A stretch of DNA of 64,000 nucleotides, taken from contig CM119377.1 in NCBI GenBank assembly GCA_051294905.1, positions 22,134,001 to 22,198,000 of the forward strand. Reading direction: 5' to 3'. Below the pieces are notes generated by a model. It was not told where the DNA came from. It did no database searches and was given only the letters and a program-made list of their open reading frames with translations. The translations under genes were made by a program, and so were the position numbers. This document shows, piece by piece, positions 25,597-36,701 of this stretch (positions are counted from its first letter, which is position 1; every line of letters begins with the position of its first letter). Origin of the DNA: Botryllus schlosseri (lineage: Eukaryota).

Positions 25597-27624
25597 CTGA
25601 AAACAGCTGTTGTTACCGTGGCCGTATGATGTAAATCCAGGGTTGTAATGACTTGAGTTATGGCTCGACTTGAGCGGCGATTGTTGGTTGATTCAACTTG
25701 ACCCGAGTCATTTCGTTAAATGCCAAAGATGACTCGACGAAGTCATATGACTCGAGACTCGGGCGGCCGAGCCAGGCATTTCAGTGTAACTTTGAAGAAA
25801 AGTGAAGTTCCACATTATTGGTATTTCCTCTCTCAGTAATCGCACATGAATATTAGGGCCATAAATTATTCGGAATTTAAAAAATTAGCATATAAGGAAT
25901 GGAAGGAAATCTATATCACCCAAGCAGGGTTGTAAAAATTGGGCTGAATATTACTTGAACTCCGACTCGAGTCTTAACACGATGACTCGGAATGGACCAT
26001 CCGCACCCTGACTTAGACTCGGACTTGACTCGGTAATGAATTGAAAAGGACTCGACTCAAATCTATGAAAGTAAGATTGAATTGCGATTCGTAACCTTGT
26101 GACTTGGTTACCACCATGCTTAAAACCAAGGGGGTTGCCGTTTTACCCATCCTGATGTCAGATTCAGCGAAACCATTTTCCTATTCATGACGCCATAGTA
26201 GAATCGAGACGCTCTATCTGGAAATCTTTCTTTTCGTTCAATGAGCCAGATAATGAACCTGTATTGTTTATTGTAATTCCCAAGAAGCCATATCATATTG
26301 TCAGTCAACTTTATTGTTATGTCATGGGGGCACGAAATCGAGGTTCCCCACATGGGATTCGTGCTCCTAGTCATATTGTCAGTAATAAAAGCTGTTATGA
26401 TGTTGTAGCACCCGCACTAATCAAGTCATTTAGTCAGACTTCTTGTGTCACTATGCGATCAGTGCATGCTGTGCATCACAATATCGCTTTCCACTAGATA
26501 TCGAATAGTTGAAGATTTGATATTTGTGCGTTGACTAACGGTTCGAATTGGAATATCGAAAGTACTGATTACACACGTCAACAAAATGATTTATTTTTTG
26601 GCAGAACAGCAAGGAATGTTTTCTGTTTTTTTAAGGCTGCTGATTACTATTATTATAAATATGACATTACTTTTGCAAGATTGGATCTAGTTTACAAGAT
26701 AGGTATGCTCCTGAATAAGTCCAAATTTCTGTATTTACCCATAAATATTTCACATAGTAGAATAAGTAAATTATAACCTTTTCGACGTCTATAATGCGGA
26801 TAAAAATATAATTGACTATGGCGAAGTGTCACGTGGCTCTCGGTTAATCAATCAATCTGAACTCGTCCTGGTGCGAGATGTTTCTTTGTCAAAAAAGCAG
26901 TCTTGTCAAGCCTAAACATCGTACTTTTGTACAAAGAAAATATATTTTCTCCTGTACCAATCGGTCATTCTACCAAGATGAAAGAGAAGTATGAGGCTGT
27001 CAAATTCGACGTTTAAAAGCGTAACTACAACACTCATATATGGCTGATTTCTGTTGACTTTTACCTAGTCAATTTTCTGCTGGCCAACAAAATGGATATA
27101 TACCAAGTAATCTGTGTTTTTAAGTTTGTGGGACGTGAGGACGAGAATGAAGCACTGGCGCAAAACGTACTGGCCAGAATGAACCAGTCTTCCAGTTTGA
27201 ACAGTTGTGTAACCAATGAGCAATCAGGACCGTAACTGCCCCCCCCCTCCCCAAACCCCCAAAGAGGTGGGCGAGCTCGAAGGAGGGGGGGCAAAATTAC
27301 TTCGTGAATTAACATAAATCATATAGTCTTTTTCGGAAATTTATGCAACAGTTTCATTTTTTACGCGCTGCTCGCGCTTTAATGTTGTCGAATATCTTGA
27401 TTAATGGGTACCCTTACCCAACAAAAAATAAGCATGATTTATAGAAATGAGCACTTCGGTGTCGGCCATTACCGCACCACGACGCACCAAATCATATTAA
27501 TTTACAGGCCATGTGACATACGACTCCGAGAAGTGTGCCAGAACGATCAGTAGCGAAAAGACCTTGGCCGAAAAGGACTGCCCTTGTGCTGACCGAAAAC
27601 TTCTATATATACAATACATATATG

Positions 27625-28901
27625 CAGAGGTGGTCAAAGTAGTCCAGAAAGCTACTCAAGTAGACGCAGAAGTAGCGACGAAAAAATCTACTCAAGTACG
27701 AGTAGAAGTACTTCTTCCAAGAGCCATCTAAAACTACTGGAAGTAGAAGTAGAATTGACTGACTTTAAATCTACTCAAGTAAGTAAGTAGTTTTGAAAAC
27801 AGTCTTAATTCGTTCGCATGGACTGTCAAAAGCTGGAAATTGAGCTACGCGAAAGGTGCACAGACTTGATTCGTATTGATGCATCCGCCCAGGAGGTATC
27901 AATTTTCGACAGAATAAACACTCTTTCGCATCATGGGATGCAAATTATAGTATTGATATGAAAATGCGATACTAACTATTTTTTTACTAGAAAACCCCAT
28001 TTTAGACAATATCATGGCATGGCGCCCTATACCCCATATTATAAGGCACCAAGTTTAGGCGAAGAGCAATACGGAAAAGCTGTATCGGATACGGTTTCAA
28101 CACTTTGCGCGCGATTAGTATACGTTAATAACAAATATTATGGATCGTAAAATTTATATTTAGTATAGCTTTATTTTAGGAAAATAGAGGCATTACTACA
28201 CTTGCTTTTATGCTTCAACATGTATGTTCTGCAGACAAAAGAACTGAAAGTAATTAGAACGCAAAGTATTATACTCGGGATTGAAAGTGAAATATACAAA
28301 TACTACTTCTAAAAAGCGGAAAATATATTTCATGTCTTTTGTCCATAAAGCTTCAAAGGTGAAATGCTAAAACAGGAGTAACGTTGAAAAAGCCGGATTT
28401 TCCAGATCAGCAGGACACGTCATGGGCTGCTAGAATACGATACAATACGTAATTGCTGGATTGCGAAACGGTAGTTTCAAACGTTATGGGAGGCCATATT
28501 TACTTTGATGAAATATTTGATATGGGCGACAATGCGGTGTGAGTGGAACCAAGCAACCCGGTACCTAAATACTTTCGTGAAAACATATTTGGCACTCCAT
28601 AACTACTGCGCGCGAAGCACAACAAAATTTCTGGGCTTTACTTGACTTTTATGAATATTAAAAGTTGGTACTCCGTGAAAACAGCCCCGAAATTCCTCAG
28701 GCTATCTTTCGTATGGGGGGATTAAACTACTCCTACTTGACAAACTGAAAAAAGCGAAAAGTAAGTAAGTAGATCACAAAATATTACGAAGTAGAAGTAG
28801 AAGTAGAGAAAATCATATCTACTTGATTAAGTACCAGAAGTAGAGGAAAATTACTTGAGTACTTCCAAAAGGTAGAAGTACTTCGTTACTGGCCACCTTT
28901 G
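27625..28901. mobile_element. hAT-type element with AGTAGAAGT subrepeats (nested)
   Basis: Termini CAGAGGTGGTCA/TGGCCACCTTTG; TSD CATATATG/CATAAATG. Confidence 0.8.
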
Positions 28902-29329
28902 CATAAATGTTTAATTGTCCACAGGCGCCTAAATAGCTGGCGCCGAATGTTCCTGTCCTGGCGATCTGAGCTCCACAAGATAAATGCCATCTCGAGGGAA
29001 CATTATTTACCGGTAAAGAAATACGACTTTGAAATCGTGTACGTTTTTTAGTATAGTACGTTTGAGCGATTTCAATATCTTTTGAAATAGCAGATAGGAG
29101 GTCACGAAATAGCATCATTTAACGAAGTCAGTAAACCAACGGGTACGCCCGAAGAAGTTTAATTCTATTATTCAGGGGTCCTGCCTTTTCCAACACACCT
29201 CACTCAACTGTACCGGTAAATCTGATTATGTGAGCAGAGATAGGATAACATTTATAGCAACCCTGATATGCCAAATCATTAATTATAGATATACATGCAT
29301 GAGTATATGTAATTGGTATTGCATATAGG

Positions 29330-30618
29330 CAGGGCCGTAACAGCACTTCGTCAGCCCCATAAAAAAAAAAAAAACTTTGGTCTTGGGCCCCCCACAAGGT
29401 TATAGACCTAACTTATGGGGGGCGTCGCCCCCCAGACCCCCCTCCGGCGATACACTCTTTGCCGCTATTTACCATATTCATTGGGACTTTGTTTAGTGAA
29501 TCAGCTTTTGTCGCCTAAGCGCGGAAAAATTTATAGAATTCATGATTGAATCGGTCAGTATGATCGGGAATTGCCTATATTGTTATCAATTTTTATCTTC
29601 TCTCTGCTCACGTAATCAGATTTGCCGGTAGAGCTGAGTGAGGTGTGTTTGAAAAGGTAGGACCACTCCATTAATAATTGAACATCTTCAGGCGTATACC
29701 CGTTGGCAGGAACGAAACAGCACCTCGTCAGGCCCCCAAAAACGTGGGTCTTGGGCTCCCATAGGGTGATAAAACGACCCCCCCCCATCTCGTTGTTCGC
29801 GTTTGTCACGAAATCATCTGTACTGTACTGTGAGCCAGCGCGAAGCGCGAAAATTTTCGATAATTTATGATAAAATCGGTCAATCAGATCGGCGATTGCA
29901 TATAAATTATGCTATCAATTTATTTTCCTCTCTACTCACGTAATTAGATTTACCGGTAGAGCTGAGTGAAGTGTCTTGAAAACGGGATGGCCCGTAAATA
30001 ATAATTAAACGTTTTCTGGCGGGCGGACCCGTTGGTATGACTTCGTTACATGATGTTATTTCGTGATATCCAGTCTGCTATATCAAAACATATAGAATCG
30101 CCCAAACGTAGGCTTCTAAACTAACAGACGCACACGATTTCAAATTGGTATTTCTTCACTGGCATAATTTTTTTCCCAGCGGGATGGTATTTGTCTTGTG
30201 AGGTTCAGATTGCAAAGACAGGAACATTCGGCGTCAGTCATGTAGGCGCCTATGTACAATTAAACCTATGTGTATTTTATATATAGAACGCGGTCTTCGG
30301 TCAGCATAAGGGCATAGACCTTTTCGGCCAAGGTTTTATCGCTGCCGATCGTTCTGGCACACTTCTTGGAGTCGCATGTTATAGGGCCTAAAACTTGATT
30401 GTAGGTCTTGGTGGTTCGTAGCGCGGTAATGGCCTAATAGCCAATAATAAATATAAATGGCTTCTTGAATTCGCGCGCAGCGCGAAAAAATTTTGAAAAA
30501 TTGGCATAAATTTTCAAAAAATACTTTATGCTTTATGCTAATTCACGAAATAATTTTGGGCCCCCTTCGAGCTCGCCCCCCCCAATTGGGGGGTTTGGGT
30601 GCGGCAGTTACGGTGCTG
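29330..30618 (+). mobile_element. Non-autonomous hAT element (CAGGGCCGTAAC family)
   Basis: Termini CAGGGCCGTAAC/GTTACGGTGCTG; perfect TSD CATATAGG; internal ~377-bp tandem unit. Confidence 0.88.
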
Positions 30619-30658
30619 CATATAGGCCAATGTATATGGCTGTCTGTATAATGTATGA

Positions 30659-31655
30659 CAGGCGTCGCCAACTCAAATCGGGTCGCGGGCCACTTTTCAA
30701 ATTTCGCAGCGGCCGCGGGCCGCATGAATTCAATATCGGTATAAACTAGGCAACCATCGTTTTGAAACTCTACGTCAGTACAACGCCGTGCTACTTAATT
30801 TAGGCAATGGGCGTAGTGACCACAAAATAAGTAATATTTTATCAAAGGAATACAAATACAACAAAAAATCATTATCATTCATTTCATTTTATTTTGAAGT
30901 CTGAGCTGTGCACGATACTGGAAACGATTTTCAGCGAATAAGGCCTCGATATTGGGGCTAGCGAGATACGTTACTAGCTGAAATACCATCTCCATGTAAA
31001 GTTTGATATTGTGGGGAAGCCCTAAGCCAGTGGTTCTCAAACATTTTTAGACACCCCCCCCCCCCCCTTAATGATACTGAAAACTTTCGCTCCCCCCTCA
31101 TCGTCATATCACAAAATGCAACCAGAATGCTAGCAATCCCAACAGATAGTTTGATGACATTGAAGGTTATGACTGTTGATATACACAAAATATAAATTTG
31201 ATGTAAATCGCGCGGGGCGCGAGAAATTTTTCAGTTGACCGCAGCTCCGCGCCCTCTTAAGATGCTTTCACGCCCGCACAAGAGGGGCGCGCAGTCCAGT
31301 GAACCACTGCCGTATGCCGTTTTATAGGCGTCTCGATCTTGGCAGTGTTTTGGCCATTGCACGTCAAGGCAATATGCCCAGCCCATTCATTTCAGCAGAT
31401 TATTCTTCCTCGATGGAATGCTGTTGCCATCTCCAAAGCCGTTTTTGCTAGTAACGAATGGTGATGTTGGGCAAAGGAGAATAAGCTAAGCTATAGCTTA
31501 TTTCGAAACAACAACAACTACAACAACAATGCTTGAAACTGCATTTCAAAATCGTTTTCTCAGTTTTCTTCTGAAATCTCAAATCACGTCGCGGGCCGCA
31601 AAATATGACCTCGCGGGCCGCATGCGGCCCGCGGGCCGCGTGTTGGTGACCCCTG
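30659..31655. mobile_element. hAT-type element, hosting MITE 31028-31309
   Basis: Termini CAGGCGTCGCCAAC/GTTGGTGACCCCTG; perfect TSD ATGTATGA. Confidence 0.88.
31028..31309. mobile_element. Charlie-like MITE (nested); homolog at 38418-38736
   Basis: CAGTGGTTCTCAAAC...GAACCACTG; TSD CCCTAAGC/CCGTATGC; body aligns with 38418-38736. Confidence 0.75.
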
Positions 31656-31812
31656 ATGTATGAGGTGACCAGATGACTTGAAGGCCTGTTGGTCGTATCG
31701 CTGGCCACGATTTCACAGCATTACTTTATTGCACCTGGAAATAAACTTCTGTCTGTCTGTCTGTCTGTCTATCTGTCCTATTAGGTCTTACATACTAACT
31801 CACTATTATTAC

Positions 31813-31895
31813 CTCCGACCCAAGTCTCGATGATATGTCGTGTTCGGATACAGACCATGAACGAGCCTCCTTTGCTTCAACAGGGTTCCGCGGCT
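31813..31895 (-). CDS. GPCR paralog 2, coding exon 6 (ICL3); alternative donor would extend it to 31804
   Basis: Follows a 67-nt intron: TTGTTCCTTGCAG|(E)PRNPVEAKEARSWSVSEHDISSRLGSE|GTAATA, or +VII|GTGAGT. Both donors are phase 0. Confidence 0.72.
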
Positions 31896-31962
31896 CTGCA
31901 AGGAACAAAAGCAGGAAATTCGTAACATGAGTAGCTCGTGTGTAGCTATTATTCATATTCAC

Positions 31963-32157
31963 CTGCTGAAGTTCGAGGAGAGGAAGCTGCTTGATATTGC
32001 CTTATCACAAAAACCAGGGTAACAATCATATACGCCACAGAAGCAAAATAGATTGATCCCACCACAACGAAGAAACTCTTCCTCATTGGCAACCAGACAC
32101 GTGAACAAATGACGGCTGCATCGTCTGTGTAAACAAGGTGATGCTGCGAACACGCTT
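31963..32157 (-). CDS. GPCR paralog 2, coding exon 5 (ECL2-TM5)
   Basis: AACGCAG|(E)ACSQHHLVYTDDAAVICSRVWLPMRKSFFVVVGSIYFASVAYMIVTLVFVIRQYQAASSPRTSA G|GTGAAT. 195 nt, phase 1->1. The acceptor is weak but is the only AG downstream of an in-frame TAA. Confidence 0.82.
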
Positions 32158-33201
32158 CTGCGTTGCAGGTTTATTTAGCTCGGAGGTGGGCGAACAGAAT
32201 CCGCACCTAAATTGGCTCTGCTGAAATTCCTCGCGCTGTCGTTGCAGCAATTTAAAAATGCCGCTGAAATTGCGTCCAAAATCTAGTCTTATTTGAACTT
32301 CAATATACAATTGAATAGTATATTCATATTGAAGTGAACCCGAATACTTTCGGCTGACACCTCGTAGAGGGTAATCGTCAGCAACTAGCAGAGAATTGGA
32401 AAGAATATGGTATGTTTTATGGAAATTGAGGATAATTAATTGTAAATAATTTTAAAATATATACATGCTTGCCACATGAAATAATTAGGTAACATTGCCT
32501 AGAACGTAACAGTATATGACCAACATCATCTCAGTAAAGATATATTGTAGAATTCTAGTGATTTGTGTCTGTGATTACAAGAGCCCGACAACGGCGACCA
32601 AGCATGTTAAAGTGGTTTCGACTGCTTAAAATCCCAATACCGCGTAGCGGAAATGTTCGAGTTATATCACCAGTCACCATTTAAATGGGTAACTACCGGT
32701 AGTTGTTTAGCAAGCCAGGAAAGTTATTATAGTATCAGTGAAGCATTTAGTTATAAGACTGATGCTTGGTTTGTGGCGATTCAGTCACAGTATGCGATGG
32801 CAGGTAAAGAAAGTCTGTAATAAGCTGGTCATAGCAATCTGAAAAGCGAAATGTGGAAGAAAGGCTTTGTATATAGCTTTGACAGCCCGGCTACTGGACA
32901 GGCACAACTAATAACCGCCATAAATGACGCGAAATGACGCGTGGATGTTCGGGCGTTTTTTAGTTAATTTGATCAATACCAAAGCAGCATTATTATAAGT
33001 GGGTCATTCGGGTGTCGAGTAGGAAAAATTACTTTTTTTCTAGTCTACGCAACAGGATTTTCCGTAAAGAATTTTAGAATCAGCAGTTTTCTAGTCTAGC
33101 AGTCTAATTTTTGTGATTTGTAAATAGTGTCCAAATATGGTAACCCTAACGACATGGGTTATGGCCTTTGTAGTCCATACAAATGATGATGCATCACTAA
33201 C

Positions 33202-33358
33202 CTGATATGCACGTTGAGATCAACTTGAAGCTGGGAAGACATTTGCAGTGTTCGAGACAGTTCCACTCGAATGCTGTTGGGATTGAAATACCAATAGGAA
33301 GAAGCCACGTCACTGTTATTATAAGAGCTGCCTCGCGATCTTTCGAAATTTTGGCTGT
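33202..33358 (-). CDS. GPCR paralog 2, coding exon 4 (TM4, start of ECL2)
   Basis: GCTAATACTTCAG| TAKISKDREAALIITVTWLLPIGISIPTAFEWNCLEHCKCLPSFKLISTCIS G|GTTAGT. 157 nt, phase 0->1; W4.50...P and WNC motifs. Confidence 0.88.
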
Positions 33359-33911
33359 CTGAAGTATTAGCATAATGACGAATCAAGGATAATTAGGCTC
33401 ATGTAATTATGATCAAAGTCACAAAGATGAAGCTTGTCCAGTCCTTTTCGCATTTGATTCGGTTTACTGGCGCCAAATTTACTTCAGCACTCATAGTTCA
33501 GTTATTCCCAACCTCGGCTCTTATTATTCCAGGAAAATCCCACGAAAATATAATAGACAGTTATAGTTTGGTTCTGTGAATAGTTCTCGTCAATTGCTGT
33601 ATGGCAATGCTGAATCAAACTAGAAATGTCTATTATATATTTTAATTTGGTTTTAGCCGCTCATTGCAGTTTCTGAAAGCCGGGAAGAGAATTTCTGCAG
33701 ACTACAGTACTTATTAACTAGCATTAAGCGCATGGATGGATACCCTTCAGATAATTTGATATATCTTGAATTTTAATGGGGATAGACCTTTATAGATTAT
33801 TTCTGTATTGAGCACATCCCCATACAATTTTATTAGCATCAAAATGACGGCTACTAGTCAACTATAAATTGCAATAACTAAAATATGCATACGGTGTATA
33901 CTACAACTTAC

Positions 33912-34131
33912 CAACTTGCGTATAGTGCGATTATACAACGCCATAACTCTGCTTTGTCGGGAAACTGGGACATTTTCAATCACCGCGGCCACTACGAATA
34001 ATGACCTCTTTGCGGCAAACACGAGCACCACAATATTAAGCTCCATCAGCAAATGAAAGGAGACCGAGAGGGCCTTACGGAAACTCCATGATCGCATCAC
34101 CCAATTATGACGAAAGTCAGTCTGATTGTAA
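33912..34131 (-). CDS. GPCR paralog 2, coding exon 3 (TM3, long ICL2)
   Basis: CTTTTCAG|T YNQTDFRHNWVMRSWSFRKALSVSFHLLMELNIVVLVFAAKRSLFVVAAVIENVPVSRQSRVMALYNRTIRKL |GTAAGT. 220 nt. Confidence 0.9.
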
Positions 34132-34527
34132 CTGAAAAGGAAGGATGGATTTTTTTTACTCGAGTACCATTCTGAGGATGATCTTTCTGCTGCAATGACA
34201 AGTTGCTCAACCCGGTATGCCGAAATCCAATTCCACTTTCATACAACTCATATAGTCTTGTAGCAGATCAAAAGCAATCATTATCACCATCCACCCCATG
34301 TCAGTAGGCTACCCAAGTGTCACGGGAATGGGTGGATTCACACCTTTAAAACGTACAGACCAAACTATAAAATCCTATTGTTTTCATTCAAAAGTAAATT
34401 CTAATGCCATGTTGAATTGACTTTTACTCCACAAGACACTCACTTCACAACCAATTTCAATTAGGGTATGTATTATGATTCATGAAGTCTACAAGCCGTG
34501 CTTGTTACCAAAAAAAATATGTCTTAC

Positions 34528-34718
34528 TTCTGCAGAACTCCGCCCGAAATAAACCCATCATCAAAATGATAACGGGTGTGAAGTATATCATACAATGCAA
34601 TAATACTGAAGCTGATGACCGAGAGGAGACAGCTCAGCAGATGTACATATATCCTGTTATGGCGTAACATTCCCCAGTTGCAGACAATTGTCAGAACTAG
34701 CAGACTGTTCCACACTAT
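34528..34718 (-). CDS. GPCR paralog 2, coding exon 2 (TM1-TM2)
   Basis: TTTCAG| IVWNSLLVLTIVCNWGMLRHNRIYVHLLSCLLSVISFSIIALYDILHTRYHFDDGFISGGVLQ AA|GTAAGA. 191 nt; class A N1.50 in WNSLLV. Confidence 0.9.
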
Positions 34719-34904
34719 CTGAAATGGACGATATTGTAAGAAATTATAACAGCACAGTCCAATATATCAGGACTCAGGAGTGACTAACTTCCGTTATATT
34801 GGAATTGACCGAAATGTTTTGCAAGACCGGCGATCGATCATTTGGTTAGAGAGAAGTGTCACTGATGTACTTTTTTTCTGATACTTGTACCGTGGAATAA
34901 TTCA

Positions 34905-35635
34905 TGTTACCTGTTTGGGGTTTATCTAGGCTACTCCTCGCCATCTGATCCGCCTATGCTGTGCGTAACAAAAGCCTAGAGGAGGGATTACCAAGATTTC
35001 AATCTCGTGGATCCCTTCGGCGAATATTTGAACCGAAATTACCCCCTAAGAAAAAGTAGCCCGGTGACTAAAAATGTCATCTTTCCCGCACAAGCAGTCG
35101 TTGACTAAATTCACCGATTTAGCTTAACGTCATGTATTTTAAATCGATGAATTTGGCATATTTGTTCTTGGCCGGGAAGACGTTGACTTGAGAAAAGAGA
35201 TGAACAGTTTCACATGACTTTTACGAGCGTAAGCAATTTGGTCGAGAGGCAGTCGCGTGACGCACAAAATCGTCTCGCAAGCCGCAGTTTTGTTAAATTT
35301 GGGCTGGTTTCAAAAACACACTGGAAACGAAAACGGTAGATTTTAAATAGCATTTAAACATACCGGAAGCTATAAATCAGTCAAAAAGCACATTCATATG
35401 CAATAGTTTGGCCATAAATGAGAAGCTTGATGAGTCCATAGGTGTACCTTCCATTATAACCCGACAGTCAACCCCCCCCCCCCCCCTTTAGTGGGGAATC
35501 TACGGTTGGGAACCACTTGGCCTTGATCGAAAGTGGGTCGTGGCTACAAGTCGGCAGATCAGGAATCCCCTGAAATCGCCTTGGTGTAATATGACCAAAA
35601 CAGTCGAAACACCATGACTACCAAACCAACCATAA
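34905..35635 (+). mobile_element. Headless SINE family A copy split by a hAT MITE (34982-35519)
   Basis: The SINE body resumes after the MITE; degenerate TSD GCCTAGAG/GCCTTGAT. Confidence 0.6.
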
Positions 35636-36281
35636 GAAAAGTAAATGGTCGTTGGCACACCTGAACTAATCTAATTTGTTACTTATGGCATGTTACTATG
35701 GTATAGGTATGTACGGACCATGATTTTTTTTTAGAATGCGGGTCCAATCCTGTTCGATAAAATGAAATCCGGATCCAAAAATTTTATGCACAAGTTTGAG
35801 CATCTATTTGCTCCTGTCGTCGATATTTTATAATCACACCTCGTCAATGCATTTTGATTTTCTATTAGTTATTTTTCGAAATGCTGAAGTCAGCTGAGTC
35901 CAAGTTCCTACAAAACATCGAAGTAAACGAACATAAAGTCACTTCCATGCACTAGAAATTTAGAATCCCGTCCTGATCCGGATCATGCAGTCGGGAAAAA
36001 TGTGAACCCGGATCTTGGATCCCGGAACCCGAAACTTGCCGGATTCTTGTCCGGTTGTAATCAAAAGTCATGATCCTGTAATTGTGTACAATGTACATCT
36101 CCAGTCTGGTACTCTTGGTGGCGCCCAAAATTGATATGGTTTACTGAGTGCAGTTAAAAGCCGACAATGCATTGTATCGTATGTTGCTTCATTTCTCTCC
36201 TGAATCTTTTGACAGCTTTACAAACCCAAATCAAGTGCTTGTATATTGTTTCAATACTATTTCCATATAAATGCAACTCAC

Positions 36282-36404
36282 CACAAATGCCGTGAAAGAC
36301 AGAAACAGGGCAACATATTGGCTTCTAGGATCCTCAGTCTGGCACGTGATTCCATTTGGAAGTACTGTCGTGGCGGAATCATATTTTATGGTGGTAATAT
36401 TCAT
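36282..36404 (-). CDS. Atypical class A (cannabinoid/EDG-like) GPCR paralog 2, coding exon 1
   Basis: ATG at 36404 with an in-frame TGA 6 nt upstream; MNITTIKYDSATTVLPNGITCQTEDPRSQYVALFLSFTAFV |GTGAGT. 123 nt. Confidence 0.85.
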
Positions 36405-36693
36405 ATAGCATCACTCTTTGTTACAAGTGATTGTTCTGAAATATTTGTGTGCAATCGATATGCAGATGTGGATTAGGTCTACAGCGGGATACACGTTGAA
36501 ACGAGCGGCAGCTCATTTGAGGGACCTATAATTCAAGTCAGGGTAGGTTCAATTTGATTTGAATGACAAATCAAAGATCAGGCTAATAAAACCCATGGTT
36601 GCGGGTTAACTACGATGATTCAAATATAGATCGCGCCACTTTATTCTCAAACGGTTAAAACGTTACTCTTCAAAGTGTCACTTAAATGAACCG

Positions 36694-36701
36694 TATTTAT
36701 A
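36694..36701 (-). promoter_or_regulatory. Candidate TATA box (TATAAATA) of GPCR paralog 2
   Basis: About 290 nt upstream of the ATG; orthologous position to 8855-8862. Confidence 0.5.

Larger units (their letters stand above)
27225..31720 (-). mobile_element. Reverse-oriented copy of the CAGGGCCGTAAC hAT family, interrupted by several later insertions
   Basis: Terminus CAGGACCGTAACTGCC at 27225; 27225-27624 and 28910-29321 are the reverse complement of parts of 29860-30618. The right boundary is approximate. Confidence 0.6.

Noticed and set aside
27225-30618. Foldback-type transposon
   Set aside because: The palindrome is explained by a TSD-flanked copy inserted into an opposite-orientation copy of the same family.
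30860-31490. Candidate GPCR TM6/TM7 exons
   Set aside because: Inside hAT element 30659-31655 and no 7TM motifs; better exons exist at 25455-25596 and 24456-24712.
36411-36413. In-frame TGA suggesting GPCR paralog 2 is a pseudogene
   Set aside because: It lies upstream of the ATG conserved in both paralogs (MNxT start), so it is in the 5' UTR.
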